A stretch of DNA of 58,614 nucleotides, filler included, from Sphacelaria rigidula (GCA_964200075.2; 5 parts of 5 records of this genome joined end to end with filler, not necessarily neighbours in it); one strand, 5' to 3'; shown: positions 11,830 to 25,249, numbered from the whole stretch's first letter. The notes: generated by a model not told the origin, from the sequence alone. A program made the numbers and translations.

Positions 11830-12480
11830 CTGTTTCGGCTAAAGATGGCGGCGGCGGAAGAGAGCGCAGCGGCGCCTCCCACGTGACTTCGCGAGTTTCG
11901 ATTATGTACCCTTCCCGCGTCAACGTGCAGCAAGAGTCCCGTGGACGTTCGCGTGAAGGCCCGAGATAGGAACAGCTTTCGGCCTCGGGTAGAAGCTGTG
12001 ACAGCTGCTTCCATCTGCAGCATGCCGGCTGGAGAAAGGGGTGTGGCCTGATCGGCACAGCCGTTCCGGACCATATCACGTTCCGTGATGTGCTATCGGG
12101 GTTGGAGGCCGGAGCAGTGCAATTGAGTTGTTCAGATGCCCAATGCATCACCTTGGCCCGTAGCTACTCGGTCTTCGGAAGCTGAACGTGGCCGAACATC
12201 ACCTTCGCTTGAATTCTAGCCGCCATTGCCGTTGCCTCGATGATACCTAGCCCACGCCCTGCAACGTCGTTACATTGGGGGCTATGGGCGGGGGTAATTT
12301 CCTTCTTGATCAACAGGTCATCACATACTGATCTAAATTTATCCCCAAAAAAGTCTTGCCCGTTGATAGATCACACAATGTGTGCTACCGAAGTAAAATC
12401 GTCAGCTCGCACACTGGCGAGGAAACGATGAAAGCCATGTATGAGTCAGGCTTTCGTGTCAAGGAATACGGCAAGGATCT
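11830..12480 (-). mobile_element. Degenerate Ty1/Copia integrase and SH3-like fragment
   Basis: Minus-strand translation includes MHWASEQLNCTA..NP and CSYLGPSRERPRDSCCTLTREGYIIETREVTWE, typical of the Copia integrase C-terminal region. Stops and frameshifts are present; boundaries are approximate. Confidence 0.7.
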
Positions 12481-12513
12481 CCGGCTGTAATCATCCTTGA
12501 TCATCACTGGGTC

Positions 12514-13077
12514 GTGTTTTCGTCGACAAAAGCCCCTGCGTGGAAGAATAGTCTCTCAATGTACGGTAGACAGTGTGGTCTGTTCGAGGCACACAACACA
12601 ACTCATGATGTACCGATTACAGAGATTGAAGTTGATCCGTCTGACATGGAAGAACAAGGTTATACCGCCACCCAGTTACAATCAGCCGAAAATTCCCGGC
12701 GGCATCTTCTCGAGTGTATGATCAGTAGCGATGTCCGAACCATAGCAACCGATACCGCATCTCCCAGTGAGGCGTGGCGCGCGTTGAACAACCACTTCTT
12801 CCCTCTGACCGATGCCCAAATCAACCTATATGAGCACATTTTTTTTAATTTAAGGTTGAACTCAGGAGAGGACCCGTACCTTTTCTTTGCTGCAGTAACG
12901 CGGACTGTTCGAGTACTGCACATGTTGGGCGTAAAGAAAGAGGGAAGACAGATATGTCCTGTGATGCTTGACGGGCTTCTGCCTGAGTACGATATTCTGT
13001 GCCAAAATCTGAGACTCCAGAATTCACGTCACAATGAACCGATAGAGCAACACGTGACAGTTGACCACAAAGGGTAA
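12514..13077 (+). mobile_element. Ty1/Copia gag-like fragment
   Basis: SPSEAWRALNNHF...FNLRLNSGEDPYLFFA...MLDGLLPEYD, a pattern typical of Copia gag (UBN2-type). Confidence 0.7.
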
Positions 13078-13865
13078 GGTTGGGAAACATGAAACTATCC
13101 AAGCTGAAGTAGCCAGGTCTGGTGATGAAGTAAAGAAGAGCCAACGTCGAAAACTTTAGAAATCCTTTCCTCCACCAAGACAGGAGAAAGATGGTAAATA
13201 GACACCGGAATGTTTTCGTGACTGCCAAGCTCGGGTAATCAGGGCTCTATTTCAGGAATCTGATGGGGCGTCCAAGAGAGACAGTTGTGAGCTTGCTAGT
13301 TTCAAAGCATTGGCAACCCGTATTCCTAAGCACTTTCGTGAAGAGTGATACGGCGATACCGGTGCCGTCATCATTTGACGGGTTCATTGCGACGCATGAA
13401 AGATCCTACACCGGTTAATGTTGGTGTTGTCGGAATAGGGGGCGTGGCGTGTAATGTCTCACTGAAGGGCCAGTCAAGAGCTGTTGTCGTAACAGGAGCG
13501 GACGAGTATGTATAGCAAATTTGCGATACGTATACTGTACGCCCCTGATTTTGGATACAATCTGTTTCCACCCACGGAAATTAACCGAGAGACTGAGGGT
13601 CGCCTTGGAGACCCAAACCGCATCGTGACGGCATTTTGACGGACGTGACATTTGTAAACCAATATGGCATGTTAGTGGCCATAGCATATCGATCAGGAGA
13701 GCAATTTAATGCGTTTTTGTCGCCAGCTCTCATACCCTCAAATCTCCTACTCATTCTCAAGAATGGATATCAACACGTACCACTGTATTTATTCCCATGC
13801 TACTGAACAGATTTCGAGACATTCTCACTTTTTTCGCATACGATCAGAACAGCACGCACACGCAC

Positions 13866-14330
13866 CTCAGATGTCCACGAAGAGTCACCAGTAAACATGT
13901 CGACGATGCGATCTCCATTTGCGCCAAGCTTGATATCGTCACCAGCGGCCGGTGAGTCGTTGGCCCGCGTGTCTGAAATCGGACGCCGCTGGCCGTCGGC
14001 GGCGAAGGCGACGGTGGATACCTTTGGTGACAACTCTCTCGTGACACCACCATCAGCTTTTTTAGAGAGCGATGATAACGGGAGACATACTAGTATACAC
14101 ACAACAGCAGCAGTAATGCAGCTGACAGGAACGCCACAGCCCAATAAGCGGATAGAGCCAATCCTGCTTCCGAGCCTCGTGGAAGATCTCGAGGAGCATC
14201 TTGGCCCCAGGGACGAAGATCTTGCATTGCGAGAAGACCGTCGCGGTAGCTCGTCGCGGTAGCCCGCCTGTCGTAGATCTGAGCTTTTACCACAGCTGCC
14301 ATCGGCTGCTGCAGCCTCGGAGCAGAGCAT
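13866..14330 (-). CDS. Candidate first exon of an unknown protein with one hydrophobic segment
   Basis: ATG at 14330, 155 open codons, hydrophobic stretch ITAAVVCILVCLPL, and a phase-0 donor GAG|GTGCGT at 13865. No homology recognised and no next exon found. Confidence 0.35.
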
Positions 14331-15071
14331 GGGAAATTTAGTGCCGCTACGCTTTGGCTTGTGCAGGTTCAGCTTTGCTGTGTCGTTTCGGATGAGTGAC
14401 AGGACCTCGCGGCACAGAACGAAGAACCGCGGAACTTTTTCAGCGGCGAAACTACGAAACTACTTGTTGTATCAAGAGCGGGGAAGATACTTTCGGTCGG
14501 TCACCACTGCGCCGTGGCCCGACTACACCTTTTCTACGCACGATCTCGACACCTGCGAAAACCTTGTAGTCGAAATCAGTGCAAGTACCAAATCATCCGG
14601 CGTGATAGCCCAACCGCCATCGTATTCAACGGGGAATATGAGCACAGATAGCTGACTTCAGTGATCACACTCCCTCTGTCGTATCCAAAATATATTTGCT
14701 TTTCCTCGCGTCGCAGACCCGCAATCGCAACCGTTTCTTTGCCTGAGGCCGTGTCCCGATTCCTGCCAAAAAAACGAGGTTTCGAGTGACTTGAAACAGA
14801 AGAGAAAGAATGACTGACCGCTGATTAGTGGGTCAAGAAAATTTTTCTTCATGAGTTATCATTTTTTTGCCAGTCTTTTTTTGCGAGTAATTCCATGAAG
14901 GGTCTGAAAAAGTGAATCGGCGGGTGGACGGGAACATGGACATCTCGGGGGACCTGGTGCGAGTCCGAAAGCGCGAAAAGGGAGATTTCCGACAGGAGTG
15001 TGCGGTAGCATGGGGCGAGCCAGATATGACCTCAGCAATCGCGACGGGACAATATGCCAAACTTAACTAAA

Positions 15072-15252
15072 ATGCCAAAATGGGAGGGGGGGAGAGAGAG
15101 AGGGAGGGTATGGTGCCCAAACTGAGAAATGGCACCCCTCGTGGATCCCTATGCCACTTACCCAAAAGGCCAAAATGGGAGGGAGGGAGGGAGGGAGGGA
15201 GGGAGGGAGGGCATGGTGCCGAAACTGAGACATGGCACCCCTCGTTGGATCC
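15072..15252. repeat. ~95-bp imperfect direct duplication with (GGGA)n
   Basis: Two copies of GCCAAAATGGGAGG...ATGGTGCC.AAACTGAGA.ATGGCACCCCTCGT.GGATCC. Confidence 0.85.
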
Positions 15253-16794
15253 AGTAAAATCCGAAAGGGCGCTGATGATGCTTTCAGTAGCCATGGCCCG
15301 GTCAAAACATCGCAAACGGTGCCAATTACGCCCATTTCCATCATGGACCTCGAGAATCGTCGTGTTTGCCATCGACTGCTGGAACGATTTCCGTAAACTA
15401 AAGCTTTGTTCAGGTATATTCGAGACAGGATCATTTGATCGCATGCGCCTGTGCTTGGGTGCTCTCAAATGATGAGCAAGAGAGGCTGTGCATCGAGGAG
15501 CCTCTACATGTTCATGAGCTTCTGGACGTCATAGAAATGATTGACATGTGACGTGACGTCGGTCTTGTTGTGGTACTTGATCCTCGCTAGATCAAGGTGC
15601 CGTTCGTTCGTTCGGCCATCTTAATTCATGGACCTAGATCTACCCGAGACGAAACACGGAACCAAAAATAATTGTTGCAAAAGATGAGACGAGACTAGGA
15701 AATATCGTTGTGGTGCAAGATGTCACACGCCAAAACCCAGTCACAAGAATCAATACAGCCAACAACGTGCACAACCGAACGAGAGCATCTTTGTAGAAGC
15801 TTCTGGCCTCGGCACACAGACATGCAGAATCCACCGTCTGGCAACTTACAGTCAACAACGTGTAAGCACAGGCCACCAGGATCTCTAGACTCTCCAGTAG
15901 CCACCCTGACACGACTGGTCAGTTCCTCACACAGAATCCACTGTATTGAGTCCAGGCTCAACTGACGCTCCTTGTCAGTTGTACCGTACGAGTCAAGGTC
16001 ATAGGCACGTATACAAGAAATTACTGCATCTTGTAGCAAAGCAAGTGTATATGTTTTGAGATATCATGTACTCATATTAATTGCACATTGCTCAAACAAG
16101 ACTATGGTATCAAACACCGATATAACAGTGACATACACTGTACACTCGAGTTGATTTCACCTTGGGCGTGTGGAGGAGAGACTGGATGCCCAGACGACTT
16201 GATGACAAAAAGACAAGTTGATGACTGACTACGATGGGGGCGTAGCCCAAAGCCTGGAACACAACGGTCAAGATGTAGGTCATATCCAACTTATCCGTTA
16301 CCCGCTATATCATCAAAGCTCCGAATCTGCACTGCAGGTACATGGACATATATATACTGTATATATATGCAGAACATTTGTACTGGATTTAGGAAATGTT
16401 TACCGATCTAGGAATCAACTATTCAACGAACAACTACCACGCCCTTGAGCTGTTATAGCTACTTATAATCTCTCGACCAAATCATTAGCTTGGAACCCCG
16501 TATCCAAAGCCGTGCAGAATAAAGTCTGTTGAATCAACATACAGACTCCGTCAAGCCACATCACAACCATAGACAAGGCCTGGACTTTTGAAGGGAGAGT
16601 AAATCACCGTCCTTGGACTTAATTATCAAGACATGGTCCTCGTACCTTGTCATGTGTACTTGTACAAAGGTTGGCACCGCTGGACCGTACCATTCATCAG
16701 AAAATACGATAATTTTCCACGCGATCAATCTCCGTTGACCTTCTCTGCCAGGCAACAAGGAAGTCAACGGGGATATAGGAGTCCGCGGCAAACC

Positions 16795-17108
16795 CTTTTT
16801 TTGTTCTTTGGCGCACTTCTACTCCACCCCCTTCCCGAGACGGGTCCGTGGTCTCACGGGACTAACTCACCTCTCCCACGGTACACGGCACTTTGGTATC
16901 TCAGATTAGATCATGATCATCCCTGCCGCATCGCGTCGACTCTCGCCAAATGAACTCTTTTTTTACTCACCTTCTCATTTTTTCAACGACGGAAACCAAA
17001 TACTCTCCAGACATACTTTTTAGAACAAACAAGGAACGCCCCCGCCGGGATTCGAACCCACATATTTCGACCTCATGGTATAAGTTGCACTATTAGACCA
17101 CCGCGGCA
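16795..17108 (-). mobile_element. tRNA-derived SINE-like element (family 2)
   Basis: Minus-strand head GCCGCGGTGGTCTAATAG...GGTTCGAATCC (box B at 17048-17058). The body TTTGGCGAGAG...GAGACCACGGAC.CGTC is shared with 20625-20942. Confidence 0.7.
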
Positions 17109-19301
17109 CGGCGGCACACTAGATCATGCTGGACCTTACTCCCCAGGTGACACACAACATCACGTGTGTATTTCGTGTTTTCCAAATGCGTACAACATAT
17201 AAATAAATCCCACCGAACGTCAACACCCATTCGGAGGTGTCAATTTGAGAAAATTATCTACATTGATTCGAACGTGTTGTTCGCCAGACACCGCCGTAGC
17301 ACGAAGTGTCGGAACAAAACACGCCTATTTCTGAATGTATATACACCCTATGTACATACGCCCCATACCCTAATGTACTGTTCTACGCACAAAAAGAGTC
17401 GTACCACGGCGTAGTGTGGTCCTACACATTGCACCACTGTGCACCCACATCCCCGACTTTCAAGATGACTGCCGCCGCTCGATCCCAACCCCGCCGTAAT
17501 ACTGGGAGCAAAAAGTAATCAAACACGGAACCAGAAACTTAAAAGAGTCTCCCTCCGGTCAAACTAAATCGAAGTCGCCACAAAATGGACTAAACCTATG
17601 GAAGCACACAACTGATGAAGTACAGAGCAAATCTTCGTTCCGAAAAAAATTGCCACCACAGCTCCAGTCGAAGTACAAAACAAGAAACAACAGCACATGA
17701 CACTCGAAGATAACAGCTACTACTGCACGCGCAAATAGGCCGACCAAGAGCGAGCAACAACTTTCGGCCTACTGAGTTGTTTGATCACGCACACCTTGCC
17801 GTCGTCTACAGCCGCAACGAGCCAAACGTTCGTGCCTCTCCGATCGGCAAGAGGTACAAACTCCACCTGGCCCGGGGGGCCTCGGAAACACGCCTCTTCG
17901 AGCATGAGTTCTACGGACTGTTCCAGGGAAAGGAGCTCGAAGCCGCCTATCACGCCCTGCACGATAGATCAGTGTACACGGCGATTGCAAAACGTTTGAT
18001 GCTTAGTCCAACAGCGCAACCGACGAAGAAGTAAACTTCTGTATCTTGATTGTGACGACAAGGGGTGGTTGGTATACATCTCAGTCCAGGCACCCCCTCC
18101 CACCCCCTTGGCCTTGTGGAAACACTTGACACATTGACCGGGAGTCACTACAAAAGTAGTATTTCGTATGAAGGCCTCTGTAAGCCGCTGCATTAGCTGC
18201 AGGAGTGGTCCGAGGTGAATAGAAGGCAGTAGAGCTGGAAAGTGAAACAAGACAAAAAGCTCGTGGAATGAAGAGCTGGACGTGATGTGCCCCGCATTGA
18301 TCGTTTTCCCAAAACAAAAACAGCAGGGAGTAAGTAAGCACCAAAGGTATAGCTTCGAAAACGAACGACGTGCGAGTAAAGGAAACCGTGAGAAAAGCCG
18401 TCGCATCCACGAAAGAGAGCGTCGTTTAGATGTTAGCTGTCGCGTGTAGAGTGACATGTCTTTGCCGTTGTGCTGTTGCCGTACCGACTACTCTGTACCG
18501 CGAGATATGCCAGTCCCGGCCAGTCAGTGGACACTGTATGTATAGTACAAAAAATACCGTCTCTGTACGGCGCCGATCGACACGAGCCATCCAAAACAAC
18601 AGCACGATCGAAAGCTGCAGTACCGCTGCTGAACAAAAAAAAAGAAACCAAGTTTAGTACCGCCACAATTCTTCCCCAGGATTATGTTGGTCCAGGCGGC
18701 ATGGCATTACACACAACGACGGATATAGACGATGTATCCGGTGCTTTATCTAAAGTTGTATGGTCTGTACAACAGGGCAGCGGCAAGCCAAGCCCAAATA
18801 ACGACTGCAGCTCCAACTTTGACCAGAATCCCACGGTGAGCAGCGACGTTCAAAGCGAGCATTAAGTACACCACCCTGCACGCGAATAGACAGAACATCC
18901 GGGCGTATATCGTTGTTGTCCTGGATATCATGCCGCTCCAGCACACCAAAATATTAAAAAACAATTTCCTGCCAGTACCACGCATTGTATAACATGGCGA
19001 GACAGTCTGATCTGAAATGTAGATCAAATTTCTTCAAAATCGTCTGTACCATATATTATATTCTGTACGTATGAATGCACCGCCAAGGGAGTTCTTTAAC
19101 TCGACCGCGTCACTGGTGTTTTTTCAGTCACCACATCAGCTTGGTCTTTCTGACTCGGGGTCAACTCGTACCAATGTCTCGGAGACGATGTCCATCTTTG
19201 ATCCGAGTCCAGAAACCTTACTTCCACACGTGAAACATTTTAATTTTCAGACCACGTTTGGCATTCTACTCGCTTGGTTTTTAATACCCCCCTTCCACAA
19301 A

Positions 19302-19898
19302 AAAGGGTACAAGACGAAAGTAAGAGATGTGATAGAAATAAGGCGAAAAAAAACGCTGAGACGCAGAGTAGACGAGGAAGAGCACCTAAGGATATACGGG
19401 GGGTTGACGGAGGGGACTCCGCGAAAATTTTGAAACTGCGATTTCGGGTGGGGGACCTGGACCTGGCTGAAAAAAGACAGATATATACCAATAGTCGAGT
19501 GCAGGAGGAAGTGGATGCGCAGAATGGCCCCTGTGGCAAAGCAATAGAGAGTAGAGCTCATAGAGTGGAAACATATGAACTATACAAGGAGGAACGGGAC
19601 GTGCTAGAGGGGGGAATGCGGGAAGTGAACGAAGATGGCATGAAATCACTTGATGCATTAGACAGTAGGGAGACAACGACGGCTATACTAGGAGATGGAT
19701 GGTGGCCATAGACGGCGAAGCACGACGGCGAGACGATGTGTATAAGGTTGTAGAGTAATGTATGGAAGAAACGTGATGGGCGCCCAAATGTTTGAGGTAT
19801 CTCTATTAGGAGCAGGAACGGTGCTCCGTCTCGAAAGGGATGCGTGGTCAATGGTCAAACGACTAAGGCAAGCAATACATGAGCACGCCCCTCCCCCA
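19302..19898 (+). mobile_element. 5'-truncated non-LTR retroelement (family A): degenerate ORF C-terminus plus C-rich tail
   Basis: Encodes LKLRFRVGDLDL...PCGKAIESRAH (decayed CCHC-like motif)...ILGDGWWP...RSRNGAPSRKGCVVNGQTTKASNT*, then GCACG and a C tract. Flanked by CCCCCCTTCCACAAA (19287-19301) and CCCCCCTCCCGCAAA (19899-19913), 13/15 identical. Confidence 0.8.
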
Positions 19899-20624
19899 CC
19901 CCCCTCCCGCAAATTTGGGCTTAAAGAAATTGATTAGGGTGCGGTGCCTAAACTGGGTGATGTTCCACCCCTTGGTAGCCACCATATTCGATGGTGAAGA
20001 CCTCGAATCCGCACATGACAACTGTCTAGCTTGCAAGTTTGATGTGGTTGCATTATACCTTTTACTATGTTATATTCGTGAAACACAGTATCATACCTCC
20101 GATCGCAGCCACGCAGACCGAGCCTGGCCGTCAAATAGGATAAATGAAGCCCTAGCCTCGTCGGGGAAAACCACCCCCGTTCTTTGCTCCGCATTGTACG
20201 CTTCAGCAAGCGTCGCTCCGGGGTTGAACACGCTGTCAGGGGACCGAGCAAATCTCCGTAGATCCTGTGGCAACGCACATGCCACAGATACCGCGGAAAA
20301 TGTGCGAGTGCCAACACGAACGAATGGAGTGGAAGAGGCGAGGGAGGGAGGGTGGAACGAAGAAAACACAACCAAATCAGAGTCGCCATCTGATAGAGTC
20401 GAATCAGAATTGCCGGTTTTAAACCCCCTGTGCCACGGTAAGTAGAGTAGTACTTTGTTCGAGCTCCCGTCATTTAAGGTTTCGTTTCGGCGTGCTTGCC
20501 CTCGTTGACACGCCTGACACTGCTGTGGACTTTAGGGACGTCGAACCAGGCGGATGTTGTGGAGCACCAGAAACGATGAAGCGCCTCGCACGGAAACACA
20601 ATCACTATGGCCAACAATACTTCT

Positions 20625-20942
20625 GCCGAGCCCCGGTGGTGTAAATTAAAATTGCCCGACTGTCACCATCAGGGTGGAGAGAACGTGGGTTCGATTCCGC
20701 CGGATGCGCCGGGTTTCTTCTTCGTATCTGATTTCGATAGTCGAAAGCGGGGGCATGCATGAGTAAACAAAAGGTGGTTGACTGAGTTTGTTTGGCGAGA
20801 GGTGACGCGGTGCGGGGGTGCTGACCCAAGCCGCGAAATCAAACTGCGAGGCGAGTACCGGGGAGAGATGGGTTGATCCCATGAGACCACGGACTCGTCC
20901 CAAGGAAGGGGAGGGGTTCGAAGTGTGGCAACAAGAAAAAAA
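20625..20942 (+). mobile_element. tRNA-derived SINE-like element (family 2)
   Basis: Head CCCCGGTGGTGTAA...GGTTCGATTCC (box B at 20688-20698). The body is homologous to 16795-17108. Confidence 0.7.
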
Positions 20943-21406
20943 TGTTGATTTTTTTTCAGCTAATCGCCAATTTCTTGACTACAGTCAACATGCTGTTGAC
21001 CATCACATGATCGGAATAGGCGTATGCGATACTTCGAGATTGGTACACAAGTATTCGTTACTCAACCCAAATGGTGCTTCGAATGGCGATTCATAATACA
21101 CTGACACAACGGCTCGAGTGAGGGACGCAGTTCACTCCGGTGATCGATCACTCCCACCGACACCCTGCACGGTAGTTCTACAAGGTTTTCGCATGACCAG
21201 CGTTACACTTGTCTCTTTCACGTGTCTATACTTCAGAAATAGGACAAGGATGATCACGCGAGACTTTCAATCACGGCGTCAGGTTCAAACTTGGCCACTA
21301 ACGATGTGTAGTAGGTTTGGGAATCGATATCATGTATTACTCCATATCACGATCGATATCATGAAGACATGACAATATCAACATACACCTATATCGCCGA
21401 TCTCTA

Positions 21407-22603
21407 CGAGCTGGGCCAGCCTAGAAACGGGTTCAAGCTCTCGAAGCAATATCTCATCGACACAGACGAGTTGGGCCGTGATCCGCATATCGTGCCAATC
21501 GTCTAGTCAAGGGGATGGTGCCCATCTGCTCAAAAGCCTGGGGGTAATATTTTTTCGTTGATTAAACCCCATGTCTAGTCATTCCTATACCGTACGGAGA
21601 TCGCGTCCATACCAAAATCTACATGAAACCCCGAACGATACATTCAGCGGATGACGACGATTTTTGGTGTGGACATTCCCTGAAGCACGGGGAGACGATA
21701 GATACCCCCACCTTCACTTCGTTCGTCATCTATCTCGAGATATGGCGCACATAGGGTTCCATACTAAAATCACTATATTACGAGCAGAGGCACTAGATGC
21801 CCTATACCTGGATATCGCATCTCAGTTTTTGAGAGTTGTGCTATGAAATGTCGTATGGAGAACACCTAGTACATAATAAAATTTAAAATGGCTTTTTAAT
21901 TTTTTTAGTTCTTTCATTTCTTTTCGTTTTCTACGAAAGTTTTGTTGAGAAATAAACATTGCTCTTGGGCTTCATCCCATTTTTTCGCTCAATTTTTGGA
22001 ATTGTGATTTGAAACTTAGCATGGAGAATTACAGAGGTATGCTGAATAAAAAAAAATGAGCCTTCAATTTATTCATTGATTGTGAAAGGTTTGGGCTTTC
22101 TCGTATAAAAATGGTCGTGACCACACCAAAACGCCCTAAACCAATAAAAAGAACATATAAATACCAACCTGACCCACTTTTTGGGGCTCATGATGCCCTA
22201 CCGAGGTCCCACACAAAATTTCAGTACACACACTGAACGTGGGCCGGCAAGTGACCTGCAAAATGCTGTTCCGATTTTCTACCGTCCCGATTCCTGAACA
22301 GCCCATTCGCCGACCAATCATCGGAGTTGGACCCCAGAATTTTGTATGGACCATGACTAGGGCATAAGACAAAAATTAACTCTGCACACAAAGAGTTTTT
22401 TTTCATGAGTAAAAGGCAATAATCAGTTTTCAGCTATCAGTGAAATGCCGTTCACTTACGATGAAAAAATCTCTGTATGCACGGGTAGTATTTTTTATTA
22501 TGCCCTACTCGTTGTCCATACCAAAATTTAGGATCCAACTATAAACAGTGGCCGGAGAATGGGCCTGCAAACTACAAATTTGCCCCTAGGTTGGCCCAGC
22601 TCG
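21407..22603. mobile_element. Tc1/mariner-type MITE
   Basis: TA|CGAGCTGGGCCAGCCTAG ... CTAGGTTGGCCCAGCTCG|TA: 18-bp TIR with 1 mismatch and a TA duplication. Contains an internal imperfect inverted repeat at about 22300-22565. Confidence 0.8.
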
Positions 22604-23387
22604 TAGGTAAGGCCGAAAAACGTTTGGCAAAGGACTTGACCCTTTTAGCGCCGGGCTTCCTTTCGATTCAGTATTTTCAGCTAACAGTCCCGCCGAACAA
22701 GTTCAGATCATGTTGTTGTGATGCAACATTCGGAACATCGTACAGGACAGTACTTTCAGTACAGAGTGTAAGCGACTGATTGCACACGGCATAGCGGTCC
22801 GTCATTGTTTTTCTCTGCCGATGGGGCATGGGCATAGCACTGTCAACAAGCACTCGCACACAAGCCCGCACCTGCAGTGGCACCGGGCAGGGAAGGTTGC
22901 GGAAATGTGATATTAGACGTACGTTATGAAATTTCTCTCGATTCGGCGTATCCTACGGGGGTGTCCATTTGGCCCACTCAAACAGCAAGTGAACACCAAT
23001 CCATCATTATAGGTTGGTATTGGCGTACTTCTATATCACCCACTCACTCCCAATGAGCCCCCCTCAGCTCGCGCGCTACGGCGTTTTCAATGTGGACAAA
23101 GCTGCAGTTCTTCACTTTCTTCAGGTGCCCATGTATGATTCATCCCCCTAAGGGGCTCGGCGGCAAAAATGGTGAAAGATGGGTTGGCCGTGTAAGGGAA
23201 AGGTACTCGAAGCCAAGTTGACCTTAGAAGGAGCCACATGTTACACATTTCACAGTAGGGGAAGAGAAACCATCCATTGACCTTGCCGATTTTTTGCGCG
23301 CGCGGGTGGGGCGGGGGGGGGGGGGGGGGCCCCCCCAAAAAAACGGCGGGAGCCAAAGAAGATTCCCCCAGGGGTTTTTTGGGGCGG

Positions 23388-23487
23388 NNNNNNNNNNNNN
23401 NNNNNNNNNNNNNNNNNNNNNNNNNNNNNNNTTAATTAATTAANNNNNNNNNNNNNNNNNNNNNNNNNNNNNNNNNNNNNNNNNNNN
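23388..23487. other. Artificial contig spacer
   Basis: 44N-TTAATTAATTAA-44N. Confidence 0.98.
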
Positions 23488-23558
23488 TCGAAAGGGATGC
23501 GTGGTCAATGGTCAAATGACTAAGGCAAGCAACAAATGAGTACGCCCCCCCCCCCCCC
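23488..23558 (+). mobile_element. 3' tail of family A retroelement
   Basis: TCGAAAGGGATGCGTGGTCAATGGTCAAATGACTAAGGCAAGCAACAAATGAGTACG followed by C14. Confidence 0.85.
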
Positions 23559-23776
23559 GGGCCGGTGAGGGGGCCCCGCCGGAGGCAAGAAAATTACGCC
23601 ATTTGTCTTCACATCTCTTCAAAATCGCGGTAAATTCTAGTAGCTTCGCGCCAGCAATGCGAGCACGAAATTGGTGCACACTAGTACATACAGAAGTCAG
23701 CATCACAAGTCTGCGGGATTCGTAATTTCTTACTTACTTGTAGATATTTGAAATTTCTTCTCCTTGTCACCACTAA

Positions 23777-24356
23777 GGCCGTTTTTTCCGGTTTGTATTT
23801 TGTTTGGCTTGTATCTTCTCCTTTTAGGACGTTGGACAAGGTTTTTGATCCCCAAACAGGGAGAATCGCCACCACACGTCTGGGACACTTTGTATCACCC
23901 CACCGAGAGGAGCCTAGCCCACTTTTCCGATTCGCTTGGGTCAGAGATTTCGAGAGCGGCCTCTGGACGAGAAATACGAGGAAAACATATATTGCACACA
24001 GTCTGTGGGTATGAAAAAATCATCACAGACTGTGCAATATATGTTTTTCTCGTATTTTTGTCCAGAGGTCGCTTTCGAAATCTCTGACCCAAGCGAATCG
24101 GAAAAGTGGGCTAGGCTTTTCAATCACCACAGACTGTGCAATATATGTTTTCCTCGTATTTTTGTCCAGAGGCCGCTTTCGAAATCTCTGACCTAAGCAA
24201 ATCGGAAAAGTGGGCTAGGCTCCTCTCGGTGGGGTGATACAAAGTGTCCAAGACGTGTGGTGGCGATTCTCCCTGTTTGGGGGTCAAAAACCTTGTCAAA
24301 CGTCCCAAAAGGAGAGAAAACAAGCCAAAAAAAAAATCGAACCGAAAGAACCGGCC
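23777..24356. mobile_element. Foldback MITE, PIF/Harbinger (Tourist)-like
   Basis: TAA|GGCCG ... CGGCC|TAA (3-bp TAA duplication). Inverted arms of about 230 bp, with a ~100-bp tandem duplication in the right arm (about 24021-24118 and 24125-24222). Confidence 0.8.
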
Positions 24357-24418
24357 TAATTACAGTGAATGCTGGATGCAAAAAAATAGGGATCTGGAGA
24401 TATTATAATCCTCGTGTC

Positions 24419-25249
24419 AGACCCACTTTTGTGGCAAACGAACCTCGATTTTTTGGGACCCCGATTTTGAAAAATCGGGGGACTCCAATTCATGAACTCA
24501 AAATCGGGGGCACCGTTTTATGGCACAGACGGTACAGTATCACATATTTGTGAAATGGTTCCGTACACAGACGGTCATTTTTGCATGAGTGTGGTACTGC
24601 GTACTACTGCATGAAGCCGAAGAGCAGGCAGGCGGTAAACAATCCTTCGAGTACAGTGGCGTACCTTGATACCCTAGCATAATACAGTTTAGGACACTTC
24701 ATCAGTAAAGTACATGATAATGCCTTGTGGTAGTCCATGATGGCACAGTCGGTATTGCGAGAACAGGGAACAAACAGTGCGCGAGCAGAGAGCTCAATAG
24801 TTCAGTGCCGCACATCACCCCTCAAGTACAGCGACAACAGCTACGAGAGTACAATACCGTTCGTTATAGTGATACATATGGTAGCGCAGTGCAGTATAAA
24901 ATATTACGATCGCCGTAGGGTATGGCGTCAGCACTTGTTATCCGCTTGTCAAACCTCGTGCGAATTTGCTTCAGCAGCTGGGGGCGGCAGTACGCACGCC
25001 CTGTGCTGTCACGAGACTGTCTTCTGCTGCCGTTGCAAAAATATCTTAACGCGTGGTACTCTAGCAATGTACGTCAATGCACGCACGTGACCTAAAAAAA
25101 TCGGGGGAAGTCACGATCTCAGAACATTTCCCCCAGATTTTTTCGCCCTCGATCTGGTCTAAATCCGTGTCCATGAAGTGCGTTCCCCGAGTTTTTGTCC
25201 CCCCGATTCTGAAGAAATCGAGATTCGTGCCTGCTATAAAAGTGGGTCT
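24419..25249. repeat. Segment bounded by degenerate inverted repeats (probable non-autonomous DNA transposon)
   Basis: AGACCCACTTTT at 24419-24430 and AAAAGTGGGTCT at 25238-25249, with imperfect similarity continuing inward. No clear TSD. Confidence 0.5.

Noticed and set aside
11830-13077. Single intact Copia element
   Set aside because: The integrase fragment and the gag fragment are on opposite strands and degenerate, and no LTRs were found.
17037-17108. tRNA genes at about 3880, 17037, 20625, 28178 and 45971
   Set aside because: Box A/B motifs are present, but I could not fold a convincing cloverleaf, and the heads are attached to repeated bodies (SINE-like).
15640-18865. Broken coding-looking frames in contig 2 (and similarly 50300-54300) as viral or host genes
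   Set aside because: I could not support any recognisable motifs or consistent splice structure. A translated search (BLASTX/HHpred) would be needed.
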